Of a stretch of DNA of 45,646 nucleotides, positions 1 through 9,435 are shown in pieces. The stretch is from IMG/VR virus record IMGVR_UViG_3300019996_000009, positions 1 to 45,646 of that record. The stretch is one strand, 5' to 3'. Both the position numbers and the translations under genes were made by a program. The notes below the pieces were generated by a model. That model saw only the letters and a list, made by a program, of their open reading frames with translations. It searched no databases and was not told the origin of the DNA. The stretch comes from a virus (Duplodnaviria; Caudoviricetes). How positions within the stretch are numbered: the stretch's first letter is position 1; every line of letters starts with the position of its first letter.

Positions 1-57
1 TGCACGTCGCGGTGCGTACGAATCTGGATCATCAACGCTCACGTAGCGTGACTTCGA

Positions 58-126
58 CCGCTGGGTAGCTCCCAGCGGGAAGAAAGCCCCGAGTCTCCAG
101 GCTCGGGGCTTTCGCATTCCTGGAGA
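58..126 (+). promoter_or_regulatory. Two hairpins plus H-type pseudoknot covering the SD of the HNH gene
   Basis: CCGCTGGG-tagct-CCCAGCGG (58-78); GAAAGCCCCGAG-tctccagg-CTCGGGGCTTTC (82-113); loop TCTCCAGG is perfectly complementary to CCTGGAGA (119-126), just upstream of ATG 131. Confidence 0.6.
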
Positions 127-130
127 TCGA

Positions 131-868
131 ATGAACCCCTGCCCTCACTGCGGTACGCCCATGTCCAATCCCCGCCGGAAGCAATGCGGCGCCCCAGAGT
201 GCTACCGCGCCTACTACAACGACCGTCAGCGCGAGTACCTCACTGCCGTCAAGGAGCGCACGGGCGCCCGGTACGAGGATCGCTACAAGGTCGAGGGGCG
301 CTGCGTCGACTGTGGCGGCGACATCCGCTCGCGACACGGCGCTCAACGCTGTGAACCCTGCGGCCAAGCCTTCGGGAGCTCGGCCGGCAACGCCACCCAG
401 GCCTCGGCCGCCGCTGGCCGGCGGCGACAGGCTCGGATTCGGCGGGCGCTGCGCCGCCTCGAGCGGCCTCCGCCCCGCCCGCGAACCTGGGTGGCGGGCC
501 GGTGCGCTCGCTGCGGAAAGGGGTTCGTGTGCCGCCTGAAATCCAGCCCGGCCCGGTATTGCTCCCGTCGCTGCGCGGCTTCGTCAAGCAACTCAAGGCG
601 TCGGGCCTGCTTGGCGGGCGCGATCGCGGTGCCGTACCGGCGGAACGACGTTTTTCAGCGCGACCGGTGGACGTGCCAGCTGTGCGGGAAGCGGGTCGTG
701 CGGTCGGCCGTGGTGCCTCATCCCCGGGCGCCGGTTATCGATCACATCGTGCCGCTCGCCGCGGGCGCTGAGGTCGGCGGCGTCGACGCGCCCTGGAACG
801 TGCAGTGCGCCCACTTCCTGTGCAACTCGTACAAGCGTGACCTGCTGGTCGCGCCGGCCCTGTTCTGA
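131..868 (+). CDS. HNH endonuclease with multiple N-terminal zinc-binding motifs
   Basis: Several CxxC pairs; C-terminal CQLCG...IDHIVPL...NVQCAHFLCNSYK HNH motif; SD GGAGA. Confidence 0.85.
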   Translation: MNPCPHCGTPMSNPRRKQCGAPECYRAYYNDRQREYLTAVKERTGARYEDRYKVEGRCVDCGGDIRSRHGAQRCEPCGQAFGSSAGNATQASAAAGRRRQARIRRALRRLERPPPRPRTWVAGRCARCGKGFVCRLKSSPARYCSRRCAASSSNSRRRACLAGAIAVPYRRNDVFQRDRWTCQLCGKRVVRSAVVPHPRAPVIDHIVPLAAGAEVGGVDAPWNVQCAHFLCNSYKRDLLVAPALF

Positions 869-877
869 GGAGGGCGA

Positions 878-1306
878 ATGGCTGGAACTGGCCGCCCGCC
901 GGCCGAGAACAAACGGCGCCGCAATGCAGACTTGTACGAGGGCCTCGAGGTGACGGTCACTGCGGCATCGTCGAACGCCCCGAAGTTGCCTGGCGCAAGC
1001 GGTTACAGCCGGCAGACGCAAGCTTGGTACGCCACGTGGGCTACGGCTCCGCAGTCGCAGGCGTTCGTAGTGACCGACTGGCAGCGGCTCCACATGCTGG
1101 CCCCCCTGGTGGATCGCTACTTCCTTGCCCCCGACAAGGGGCTAATGGCCGAGATCCGGCTAAACGAGGCCCTGCTCGGCGCGACGCACGTCGACCGGCT
1201 CCGGGCTCGAATCAAGGTGGCCGGCGAATCTGCGCCGACGGAGCCGACCGAGGGCTCGGACGAGGTGGCCGCCCGACGGCGTAAGCGGATGACCGATGCC
1301 TCGTGA
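878..1306 (+). CDS. Terminase small subunit
   Basis: Directly upstream of terL; actinophage TerS-like sequence (TDWQRL...AEIRLNEALLGAT..DRLRARI). Confidence 0.8.
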   Translation: MAGTGRPPAENKRRRNADLYEGLEVTVTAASSNAPKLPGASGYSRQTQAWYATWATAPQSQAFVVTDWQRLHMLAPLVDRYFLAPDKGLMAEIRLNEALLGATHVDRLRARIKVAGESAPTEPTEGSDEVAARRRKRMTDAS

Positions 1307-2978
1307 AATCGTCTACGCCCCTGACCATGACCGTGACCGGTCGCTAGGCCATCTGGCCTGGGGTTGGGTGGAGCACTTCTGCGTTCACGGCCCTGGCGAT
1401 GTTCAGGGCCAGGCGGTGGAGCTCGACGGCGAGTTCGGCGGGTTCATCGTCGACGCCTATGCCCTGCGCGCGCACGGCCGCAAGCTGTACGACTCGGCTG
1501 TCATCTCACGGGCGAAGGGCCGATCCAAGAGTGAACTGGCCGCGTTCGTGGTGCTGTTCGAGGCGTTCGGGCCAGCCCGTTTCGACGGGTGGGCCGAGGG
1601 CGGCGAAGTCTACCGCTGGCGGGACTTCGTCCACCGGTACGAGCCTGGCGAGCCGATGGGCAAGCCGGTCACGTACCCGTTCGTCCGGTGCCTCGCCACC
1701 GAGGAGACGCAGGCCGGCAACACCTACGACAACGTGCACTTCAACCTCACCGAGGGCCCGCTGTCGGACGGCCTACCGAAGGGCACGTCTGGGCTGACGC
1801 GGGTATTCATCCCCGGCGGTGGCGAGATCCGGCCCTCGACGGCGTCTAGCTCGTCGAAGGACGGCGGCAAGGAGACGTTTACCGTCTTCGACGAGACGCA
1901 CCTCTACAGCACGCCGGAGTTGCGGCGGATGTACACAACCGTCGACCGGAACTGCCGCAAGCGCAAGGCGGCTGAGCCATGGGCGCTGCAGACCACGACG
2001 ATGTACCAGCCCGGCGACGAGTCGGTGGCTGAGGTGACGCACACCCGGGCGAAGCTCATTGCCGAGGGGAAGTCGCGGGCGACCCGGCTGCTGTTCGACC
2101 ACCGCGAGGCCCCAGCCGAGGTGGACCTCACCGATCTGGACGACATGGTTGCCGCGCTGCGTGAGGTGTATGGGCCATTCGCTGACGTGCTCGACCTCGA
2201 GGGCATTGTCGAAAACGAGTTCTGGAACGTCGAGAAGGACGTCGACGACTCGCGCCGGTACTTCTTCAATCAGCCGACCGCGGCCCGCGACGCGTGGTGC
2301 ACGTACCCGGACTGGGCGGCGTGCGCTGAGCCGGACACGATCGTGGCCGACGACGACCCGATGGTGATGTTCTTCGACGGCTCGAAGTCGGACGACTCGA
2401 CGGGCCTCGTTGGTTGCCGCATGTCGGACGGGTTCGTGTTCCTCCTCGGGGCTTGGGAGAAGCCGATCGGCAGAGGCGGCGAAGGCTGGGAAGTGGACCG
2501 GGTCGACGTGGATCGGGTTGTCCGCCGAACGTTTGAGATGCACCCCAACGTGGTCGGGTTCTTCGGCGACGTGCGCGAGTTCGAGTCCTACATCGACACA
2601 TGGGGCGCCGACTTTGGCGATCGCCTTCTCGTCCATGCCGTCCCTGGCCGGGCGCGCGCCGCCGTCGGCTGGGATATGCGTACGCGCACGCGCGAGTTCA
2701 CCGATGCAGCCATGCGCTCGGCGATCGACATTGCAGAGCACGACTTCCCGCATGACGGCGACTCGCGGCTGATGCGGCACGCGCTGAACGCGCGGAAGGC
2801 ACCGAACAAGTACGGCGTCTCAGTGACCAAGGAAGCCAAGCACTCCCCGAAGAAGATCGACCTGGCGGTGTGCGCCATCGGCGCACGCATGGTGCGCCGG
2901 TTGGTGCTGGCGTCGGATGCGTGGTCCAAGCGTGATCAAAAGGGCAAGCATGCCGGCCGAGTCCGCGGATGGGGGTGA
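1296..2978 (+). CDS. terL: Terminase large subunit
   Basis: Variant Walker A RAKGRSKS, Walker B VFDETH, nuclease motifs FFDGSKSDDST and KIDLAV. Confidence 0.95.
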   Translation: MPREIVYAPDHDRDRSLGHLAWGWVEHFCVHGPGDVQGQAVELDGEFGGFIVDAYALRAHGRKLYDSAVISRAKGRSKSELAAFVVLFEAFGPARFDGWAEGGEVYRWRDFVHRYEPGEPMGKPVTYPFVRCLATEETQAGNTYDNVHFNLTEGPLSDGLPKGTSGLTRVFIPGGGEIRPSTASSSSKDGGKETFTVFDETHLYSTPELRRMYTTVDRNCRKRKAAEPWALQTTTMYQPGDESVAEVTHTRAKLIAEGKSRATRLLFDHREAPAEVDLTDLDDMVAALREVYGPFADVLDLEGIVENEFWNVEKDVDDSRRYFFNQPTAARDAWCTYPDWAACAEPDTIVADDDPMVMFFDGSKSDDSTGLVGCRMSDGFVFLLGAWEKPIGRGGEGWEVDRVDVDRVVRRTFEMHPNVVGFFGDVREFESYIDTWGADFGDRLLVHAVPGRARAAVGWDMRTRTREFTDAAMRSAIDIAEHDFPHDGDSRLMRHALNARKAPNKYGVSVTKEAKHSPKKIDLAVCAIGARMVRRLVLASDAWSKRDQKGKHAGRVRGWG

Positions 2979-2983
2979 GCTAG

Positions 2984-4426
2984 GTGGCGCTGAGCGAGGA
3001 CGACGCGAAGCAGGTCGTGGTCGACATGCTGAAGGTCCGCGACGAGGAAGCCGAACGGCTCAACCGGGTGCACTCCTACCTGACCGGCAAGGCCTGCAAC
3101 GTGTACGTGCCGAAGAAGGCGACGCGGGAGTACCGAAAGCTGGTCGATATATCGCGGACGAACATCATGCCGCTGGTGGTGTCGTCGTTCGCGTCGAACC
3201 TGTTCGTCGAGGGCTACCGCCCGGCCCGGGCGTCGGACAACGCGAAGGCGTGGGAGATCTGGCAGGCCAACCGGATGGACGCCCGCCAGTCGGGCATCTA
3301 CCGGGCCGCCCTGGGCTACGGCCTGGCCTACGCGACGGTGCTGTCGGGCAAGCAGAACGGCGAGAAGATGGCGAAGATCAAGCCGTTCTCGCCGCGGGCT
3401 ATGACGGCTGTGTACGAAGACGCGGTCGCCGACGAGTGGCCGGTGTACGCGGTCAGCTGCGAGCCGGGCTACATCATCGAAGAGGGCCGGCCGGTGCCGG
3501 TGAGCCGGACGGTGCTGTACGACTCCGGCGGCCTGTACCGCTTCGTGGCCAAGGGCAACGACTCGCCACAGTTCCAGCGTTACGACGAGCACGGCCTGGG
3601 CGTCACGCCGGTGGTCCGGTGGCTGAACGAATACGGCGACACCGAGGACGGGACCCTCGGCGAGGTCGAGCCGCTCATTCCCGACCAGGACCAGCTGAAC
3701 AACACCACGTTCGGGCTGCTGATGGCCCAGCAGTACGCCGCTTTCAAGCAGCGGTGGGTCACCGGCATGACGATCGAGGAGGACCCGGAGGGCAACACCC
3801 GGGAGCCGTTCAACCCTCGTGTCGACGGGATGCTGCAGTCGGAGTCGCCGGATACGAAGTTCGGCGAGTTCCAGGAAACCAACCTCGCCGGCTACCTCGA
3901 TTCGCGTCAGTCGACGCTGCGGATCGCTTCGGCGAAGGCGCAGCTGGCCGCGCACGCGATGCTCGTGTCCGACGGCGTGACGAACCTGTCCGCTGAGGCG
4001 CTGGCGGCTCTGGAGGCCCCGTTCCAGCGGAAGATCGCCGAGAAGAAGACCAGCTTCGGCGAGTCGAACGAGCAGATGTTGCGCCTGGCGGCGAAGGCGA
4101 ACGGCGACACGGCCGGCTGGGAGGACACGTCCGCGCAGGTTGTGTGGCGCGACACCGAGTCCCGTTCGCTGGCCCAGGTCGCCGATGCGCTGGGGAAGAT
4201 GGCGCAGATGCTGGCCATCCCGCCGCGGGCACTGTGGGAGCGGATCCCGGGCGTGACCGATATGGACCTGAAGCGGTGGGAGAAGCTCGCCGACGCCGAG
4301 GACGAGAAGCAGGCCGAGGCAGCCGCCGAGGCTGGCATGACCGTAGACGACCAGCAGCTGACCCAGCAGGAACCGACGCGTGGCAAGCCCGGCCGCCGAC
4401 CGGCTGTCAGCGGCGCACCGGCGTGA
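2984..4426 (+). CDS. Portal protein (SPP1 gp6-like)
   Basis: Position after terL, 480 aa, motifs WQANRMDARQ, NLSAEAL, WRDTESRSLAQVADALGK. Confidence 0.92.
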   Translation: MALSEDDAKQVVVDMLKVRDEEAERLNRVHSYLTGKACNVYVPKKATREYRKLVDISRTNIMPLVVSSFASNLFVEGYRPARASDNAKAWEIWQANRMDARQSGIYRAALGYGLAYATVLSGKQNGEKMAKIKPFSPRAMTAVYEDAVADEWPVYAVSCEPGYIIEEGRPVPVSRTVLYDSGGLYRFVAKGNDSPQFQRYDEHGLGVTPVVRWLNEYGDTEDGTLGEVEPLIPDQDQLNNTTFGLLMAQQYAAFKQRWVTGMTIEEDPEGNTREPFNPRVDGMLQSESPDTKFGEFQETNLAGYLDSRQSTLRIASAKAQLAAHAMLVSDGVTNLSAEALAALEAPFQRKIAEKKTSFGESNEQMLRLAAKANGDTAGWEDTSAQVVWRDTESRSLAQVADALGKMAQMLAIPPRALWERIPGVTDMDLKRWEKLADAEDEKQAEAAAEAGMTVDDQQLTQQEPTRGKPGRRPAVSGAPA

Positions 4427-7400
4427 GCTGGGCGCCATTTCGGCGGCCGTCTCCTCTGGGGTGTTCTCGCTGGCGCTCGGGGCTGATCCGTTCTCGATCG
4501 ACCTGTGGTTCTCCTCTGCCGCCGACGGGCTGATCACAAAGGTGATGTCTGGCCACGGCCAGGCACGTCGGTCCACGATGGACTACCTGACCGGCCACGG
4601 GACCCTGTCCGGGCATGCGGTGCGGCCGGTGCCGGCCAGCCTCGACATGGCGCAGGTGCGAACGTCGTTGCGGGTCACCGGACCGGTGGCGTTCAAGACG
4701 GCGATCCGTGGTGGTGCTTCGCCTGAGCGGGCAGTCGAAACGATGGCCCGGCAGCTGTCCGGGTCCTCGTCACGGCTTGCCCTCGCCGGGGATCGGGACA
4801 CGTTCGACGCGACGCTGCGCTCGCCTCGGGGCGGGATCATCGGCTACCGCCGGCGCCTGGGTGGTCGCGGCTGCGGGTTCTGCTCGATGCTCGCGTCCCG
4901 TGGCGCGGTGTATCTGTCGAGGGCATCAGCGTCACGCACGAAGGACGGGCAGCGTTACCACGACCACTGCCGCTGCAGCCCAGAGCCGCTGTATGTGCAC
5001 GAGGATGAGCCGACCGAGGTCCGGGTCCTTCAACGCCAGTGGCAGCGGGTCACAGCCGGGCACTCGGGCAACGGCGCGGTGCGGGCGTGGGAGAAGCATT
5101 GGGAGTCCAGGCTCCCGGCCGGCGAGGTGCGCGCGGCCGCGAACCTGACGCGGGCACCTTCCCGGGTGGCGGCGAGCACGCCAGGAACCCCCACGGGCCC
5201 GGCTGCACCGCAGTTTCCGGTGGAGCTACGCCCCGCCCTGGCCCGCGCCCGGTCCATTCGCAAGGTCGAGCAGGCGTTCCAGCGCGAGGTGAAGCGCCTC
5301 ACCGGCCGGGACATCCCGGTCGACTTCCACGGCCAGGCCGTGGACATTGCAGCCGACCACGCCGAGGGCATGCTGCGGGTGTTGACGGAGTTCCCGGACA
5401 CGCCGCTGTCGGAGATCCAGACCGGCATCGCGGCCCGGAAGGTGTATGCGCAGGCGTGGGTCGAGGCCGGCCGGGTCGACTTCGACGTGCGGATGGCTGG
5501 GCATTCGTCGCTGTACCGGGCGACGATGCGCCGCGACGCCGCGAACGGCTTCCACATGCGGGGCGCGTCGACTCCGGCGGGTACCGGCGCGCACGAGCTG
5601 GCGCATGTGGTTCACCACCACTACGACTCGCTCGACCTGAACCGCAAGGTTTCGCGGCTCCTGGATGACCTGTCGGCTGAAGCCGGTCTTGATGTGGCGA
5701 GCTATGTCCAGCGGGAGCTGGGCGGGTATGCGCTGAAGCACATCGACGAGATGATCGCCGAGGCTGTGTCGGATGCCCTCATGTCGGGGGCTGCGGCGTC
5801 GCGCCTGTCGCGTGAGGTGCTGGACCTGCTGCGGCAGAACTACCGGGCCGGCCGACGGGTGTCCGAGGCCACGACGAAGGCTCTGGCGTCTGAGGCCCTG
5901 GACCTGTCGAAGCTGACGGTTCCGCAACTGAAGGCGCTCGCGAAGGCCCGCGGTATCACGATCCCCGCGGGCGCGCGGAAGCCGGACATCGTGCGGCTGC
6001 TCGACGAGCCGCTGGCGCCGGCGACGAGCCTCGCCGACTTCGACGCGCGCCTGGCCGCCGCTGCGACGCGGGCGGACGCGATGAAGGCCGCACCGGTCAA
6101 GTTCACCGGCGGCGACTTCGACGACCGCATCACCGGCCTGCCGGCACGGGTGACGCCCGAGGCGCGCGCGGAGATCGTGCAGTCGTTGGGGATCTACCAG
6201 TCCGCCAACGACAAGGCCATCAACGAGTTCCTCCGTGGCGTCGACCTCGACACGATCCGGGCCCGCCACGGCGTCACCGCCGCTGAGGGCGTTCAGGCTC
6301 AGGTGCGCGGCATCGACGCGGCCATGGAGCACTCGGCGCTCCGCTCCGATGTGGTGCTGTGGCGCTCGCCCGGTAGCGGCATCGACCTCTTCGGTCCGCG
6401 CCGGTCCTGGGGCGACGACCTGGCCGGGCGCACGTTCACTGATCCGGCGTTCTCCTCGACGTCGGCCCGGCACGAGATCGCCGACCGGTTCACCGTCAAT
6501 AACGGCGTCCGGTTCCAGATCCTCGCCCCGAAGGGCACGCCCGGTGTCCGCCTGCGGGACGGCTCGATCGACGAGTTCGAGGTGCTGCTCGGCCGGAGCA
6601 TGGAGTACCGGGTCGTCCGGGACAAGGGCTGGGTCGAGCTCACCAACCCGAAGACGGGCAAGGTCGTCAAGGTCCGGGACCTGGACGTCGAGATCGTGCC
6701 CGCGCGCGCGACCCCGGCCCGGGCGCTCGAGGCCCCCGACCTCGAGGACGCCGCCCGCGCCCGTCAGGCCGTCGTCGACGTTCACCGTGGCGTCGCCGAC
6801 ACCCTGTCCGAGGTCGCCGGCCTACTCGACAACGAGGCCAGCGCACGGCTGCTGACGTCCCGGGCCGAGGCGATCCTGGCCCGGTCGACCGGCGAGGTCA
6901 AGAAGGCCCTCGCGCCGTTGGTGCGGGCAATGAAGACCGGCGACTCGGTGAAGATCGAGCGCGCGATGACGGCGGCTGGCCGGAAGCTGGGCCTGCGTCG
7001 CGGTTCGCCCGCCGGGGAGATCGTCGACTACGACCGCAGCGTTCACGGCCCGATCGCCGGTGAGCGTATCGCCGACGGGGCGAAGGTCCGCATCGTCCGA
7101 CCCGGCTACGACGCGACCATCAACGGCGAGGACCTGCGACTCAGCAAGGCCGTCGTCGAGCCGCTGTCCGAGGCCGAGGTAAAGGACATCGAACGGCGGG
7201 CTCTGCGTGCGGCCGCCCGGGAGCGCAACAAGTTCATCGAGAGCAAGGCGGGGACGGCCCGACTGCTGGCCGAGGTCGACGAACTCATCGTCAAGGGTGC
7301 CGACAAGGCCGCCATCGCCCAGCGTCTCGACCCGGCGTTGATCGGTCCGGAGCAGCCGTTCGCCGGGGCCGACCCGGCCATCCTCGAAGCACTTCGCAAG

Positions 7401-8396
7401 GCCCTCGATACCAGCCCGGCCGCACTGCGGTCGGCGGTCACGCGGGCCACGACGAAGGCGAAACTCAAGCCGGTCAGCAAGGCCGGGGCGAAGGCGAAGT
7501 TCGACCCGGACACGATGGAGCCGGTGTCCGGCGTGGACATCCCGGCCGGGTCACCGGTCACGGTCGTGACGCGCGGGACGTCGGTCACGCTGCCGGACGG
7601 CGCGGTGCTGCATCTGAGCAAGGCGCGGGTCACGGTGGCCCCGACGAAGCCGGTTCGGACCGCGAGGCCCAGCCGCAGCGCGGAGACGGCCGACGACATC
7701 ATGGACCGCGTGAGGGCGATCGATCCGAGTCTGGGCCAGGCGCAGAGAGCTGCTGCCATCGACGAAGTAGTGGCCCGCGTTGCCCAGGTCTTCGACGGCG
7801 ATTTCGCGGGCGTAACCGTCCGGTTCAATCCCGGCGACATCGGAGTCTCCGATCGCACGCTTCAGATCTCCGGAGACCTGGTCGCGGGTGGCCGGGTGGT
7901 CGGTCGCTTCTCGCGCTCGATCTCGCGTGACGCCAACGGCAACCTGTCCGCGTGGCACGGGCACCTGGAGATCAGCCGGTCGCGTCAGGGCTCCGGCATC
8001 GCCGAGGAGTTCAACCAGAATCTCTTCGACTGGTACCGCCGGTCCGGCGTGAAGCGGGTCGAACTTGCGGCCAATATCGACGTTGGCGGGTACGCCTGGG
8101 CGACAAAGGGCTTTGACTTCGCCGACCCGACTGCGGCGCAGTGGTTTATCAACGCGGGTCTTCGGAAGATCCGGCTCACCATTCAGGTGGGCGGCAAGCT
8201 TCCGCGCGGCGTCACCCGTCAGCAACTCGACGACCTGAATCAGTACCTCAGGGACATTGAAGCCGGACGCATCAAGGTCCGCGCGTTTGACATCTCGCAG
8301 TGGGGTCGCAAGCCTGGACAGCGCGGCCGAGCGGCCATGTGGCCGGGGAAGTGGCTCATGCTCGGATCGGACTGGCAGGGCACCCTTGTGCTCTGA
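4380..8396 (+). CDS. MuF-like minor head polyvalent protein: HExxH peptidase-like, SAP/Rho-N-like HTH, ADP-ribosyltransferase, two GrpE-like repeats, GNAT-like domain
   Basis: After portal; CGFCSMLASRG...YHDHCRC N-terminal motif; HELAH; LTVPQLKALAKARGI; ART R-STS-ExE (LWR, FSSTS, EFE); C-terminal QGSGIA...GGYAWATKGF. Confidence 0.85.
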   Translation: MASPAADRLSAAHRRELGAISAAVSSGVFSLALGADPFSIDLWFSSAADGLITKVMSGHGQARRSTMDYLTGHGTLSGHAVRPVPASLDMAQVRTSLRVTGPVAFKTAIRGGASPERAVETMARQLSGSSSRLALAGDRDTFDATLRSPRGGIIGYRRRLGGRGCGFCSMLASRGAVYLSRASASRTKDGQRYHDHCRCSPEPLYVHEDEPTEVRVLQRQWQRVTAGHSGNGAVRAWEKHWESRLPAGEVRAAANLTRAPSRVAASTPGTPTGPAAPQFPVELRPALARARSIRKVEQAFQREVKRLTGRDIPVDFHGQAVDIAADHAEGMLRVLTEFPDTPLSEIQTGIAARKVYAQAWVEAGRVDFDVRMAGHSSLYRATMRRDAANGFHMRGASTPAGTGAHELAHVVHHHYDSLDLNRKVSRLLDDLSAEAGLDVASYVQRELGGYALKHIDEMIAEAVSDALMSGAAASRLSREVLDLLRQNYRAGRRVSEATTKALASEALDLSKLTVPQLKALAKARGITIPAGARKPDIVRLLDEPLAPATSLADFDARLAAAATRADAMKAAPVKFTGGDFDDRITGLPARVTPEARAEIVQSLGIYQSANDKAINEFLRGVDLDTIRARHGVTAAEGVQAQVRGIDAAMEHSALRSDVVLWRSPGSGIDLFGPRRSWGDDLAGRTFTDPAFSSTSARHEIADRFTVNNGVRFQILAPKGTPGVRLRDGSIDEFEVLLGRSMEYRVVRDKGWVELTNPKTGKVVKVRDLDVEIVPARATPARALEAPDLEDAARARQAVVDVHRGVADTLSEVAGLLDNEASARLLTSRAEAILARSTGEVKKALAPLVRAMKTGDSVKIERAMTAAGRKLGLRRGSPAGEIVDYDRSVHGPIAGERIADGAKVRIVRPGYDATINGEDLRLSKAVVEPLSEAEVKDIERRALRAAARERNKFIESKAGTARLLAEVDELIVKGADKAAIAQRLDPALIGPEQPFAGADPAILEALRKALDTSPAALRSAVTRATTKAKLKPVSKAGAKAKFDPDTMEPVSGVDIPAGSPVTVVTRGTSVTLPDGAVLHLSKARVTVAPTKPVRTARPSRSAETADDIMDRVRAIDPSLGQAQRAAAIDEVVARVAQVFDGDFAGVTVRFNPGDIGVSDRTLQISGDLVAGGRVVGRFSRSISRDANGNLSAWHGHLEISRSRQGSGIAEEFNQNLFDWYRRSGVKRVELAANIDVGGYAWATKGFDFADPTAAQWFINAGLRKIRLTIQVGGKLPRGVTRQQLDDLNQYLRDIEAGRIKVRAFDISQWGRKPGQRGRAAMWPGKWLMLGSDWQGTLVL

Positions 8397-8410
8397 CCTA
8401 CACTCAGACC

Positions 8411-8638
8411 ATGGCCGTGGTTCTGTACTCCGATGAGGAGCGTGCGCGGCACTCGCGCATCATCCAGCGGGTCAACCACGAGTGGACGATGGAGCAGGTC
8501 GCCAAGGGCGTCGACGGACCAACCCCGGACGACCGCAAAGAGCCGTCGGACTACAACCAGCACGTGCCCGCGCTCGAAGCGTCCGGTGAAGACCTCGACG
8601 ACCTGGCCGAGCGGATCCGTAGGGCGCTAGCCGAGTGA
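8411..8638 (+). CDS. Small hypothetical protein, putative immunity/antitoxin for the MuF effector
   Basis: ATG 8411 lies 6 nt after a TACACT -10-like hexamer (leaderless); directly follows the MuF toxin gene; GTGA-coupled to next ORF. Confidence 0.65.
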   Translation: MAVVLYSDEERARHSRIIQRVNHEWTMEQVAKGVDGPTPDDRKEPSDYNQHVPALEASGEDLDDLAERIRRALAE

Positions 8639-8862
8639 CCAGCCAGCCCACCTCCCAGTGCGCCCTCTGCGTTCACTTCGTGTCCCCGTTCGCCCGCCCC
8701 GATCGGGACTACTCCGCCCCGGCCAGCTGTGCTGCGTTCCCGGCCGGTATACCGGACGAGGTGTACGGCAACGTCCTCGACCACCGTGAGCAGATCGGCG
8801 ACGACAACGGGATCCGCTGGGACCCGAAGCCCGGGGCCGAGTTCCCCGAGTACGCCTTCTGA
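8635..8862 (+). CDS. Small Cys-containing protein typical downstream of MuF-ART genes (putative immunity)
   Basis: CxxCxH...CAAFPAGIP...DHR..GDDNGIRW pattern. Confidence 0.7.
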   Translation: MTSQPTSQCALCVHFVSPFARPDRDYSAPASCAAFPAGIPDEVYGNVLDHREQIGDDNGIRWDPKPGAEFPEYAF

Positions 8863-8880
8863 CCTGACCCGCACCACCTG

Positions 8881-8960
8881 AGGCCCAGACGCGACGTCTG
8901 GGCCTTTCGCATGCCCCCGCTCCGACATGGGGCGGGCAAACCGATCGCCCGACATGGGAG
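8881..8960 (+). promoter_or_regulatory. Three hairpins upstream of scaffold gene (terminator-like stem, then two GACAT-loop stems)
   Basis: AGGCCCAGACG-cga-CGTCTGGGCCT; CCCGCTCC-gacat-GGGGCGGG; CCC-gacat-GGG overlapping SD GGGAG. Confidence 0.5.
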
Positions 8961-8967
8961 ACCAGCA

Positions 8968-9435
8968 GTGACCGAAGAAGAAGAGACCGGCACGGAAACG
9001 GCGCCGACCACCCAGGCCGACAAGGACTGGAAGGCCGAGACCGAGAAGTGGAAGACGCTCGCGCGTCAGCACGAGGCCAACAGCAAGAAGCTCCTCGCCA
9101 TCGAGGAGTCACAGAAGACCGAGGCGCAGAAGCTCGTCGACGCTAGGGCGGCCGCCGAGAAGACGGCTACCGACAGCCAGGCCGAAGCCATGCGGCTCCG
9201 CGTGGCGGTCGCGAAGGGCCTGCCGGCCGACCTCATCGACCGGCTCCACGGCTCCACCAAGGAAGAACTCGAGGCCGACGCCGACGCACTGCTGAAGCTC
9301 TTCAAGACGCAGCAGTCCACCGGCGACCCGGCCCGCGTCGTTGCCGACCTTCGCCCCGGCGCACTTCCGGCCACCGCGGCCGGAGCAGGAACCTTCGACG
9401 CGGACGCCTGGATCCGGTCGAAGGCCAACAAGTAA
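8968..9435 (+). CDS. Capsid scaffolding protein
   Basis: GTG after GGGAG; helical acidic protein with KWKTLARQHE and GSTKEELEADADALL motifs; upstream of capsid. Confidence 0.85.
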   Translation: MTEEEETGTETAPTTQADKDWKAETEKWKTLARQHEANSKKLLAIEESQKTEAQKLVDARAAAEKTATDSQAEAMRLRVAVAKGLPADLIDRLHGSTKEELEADADALLKLFKTQQSTGDPARVVADLRPGALPATAAGAGTFDADAWIRSKANK

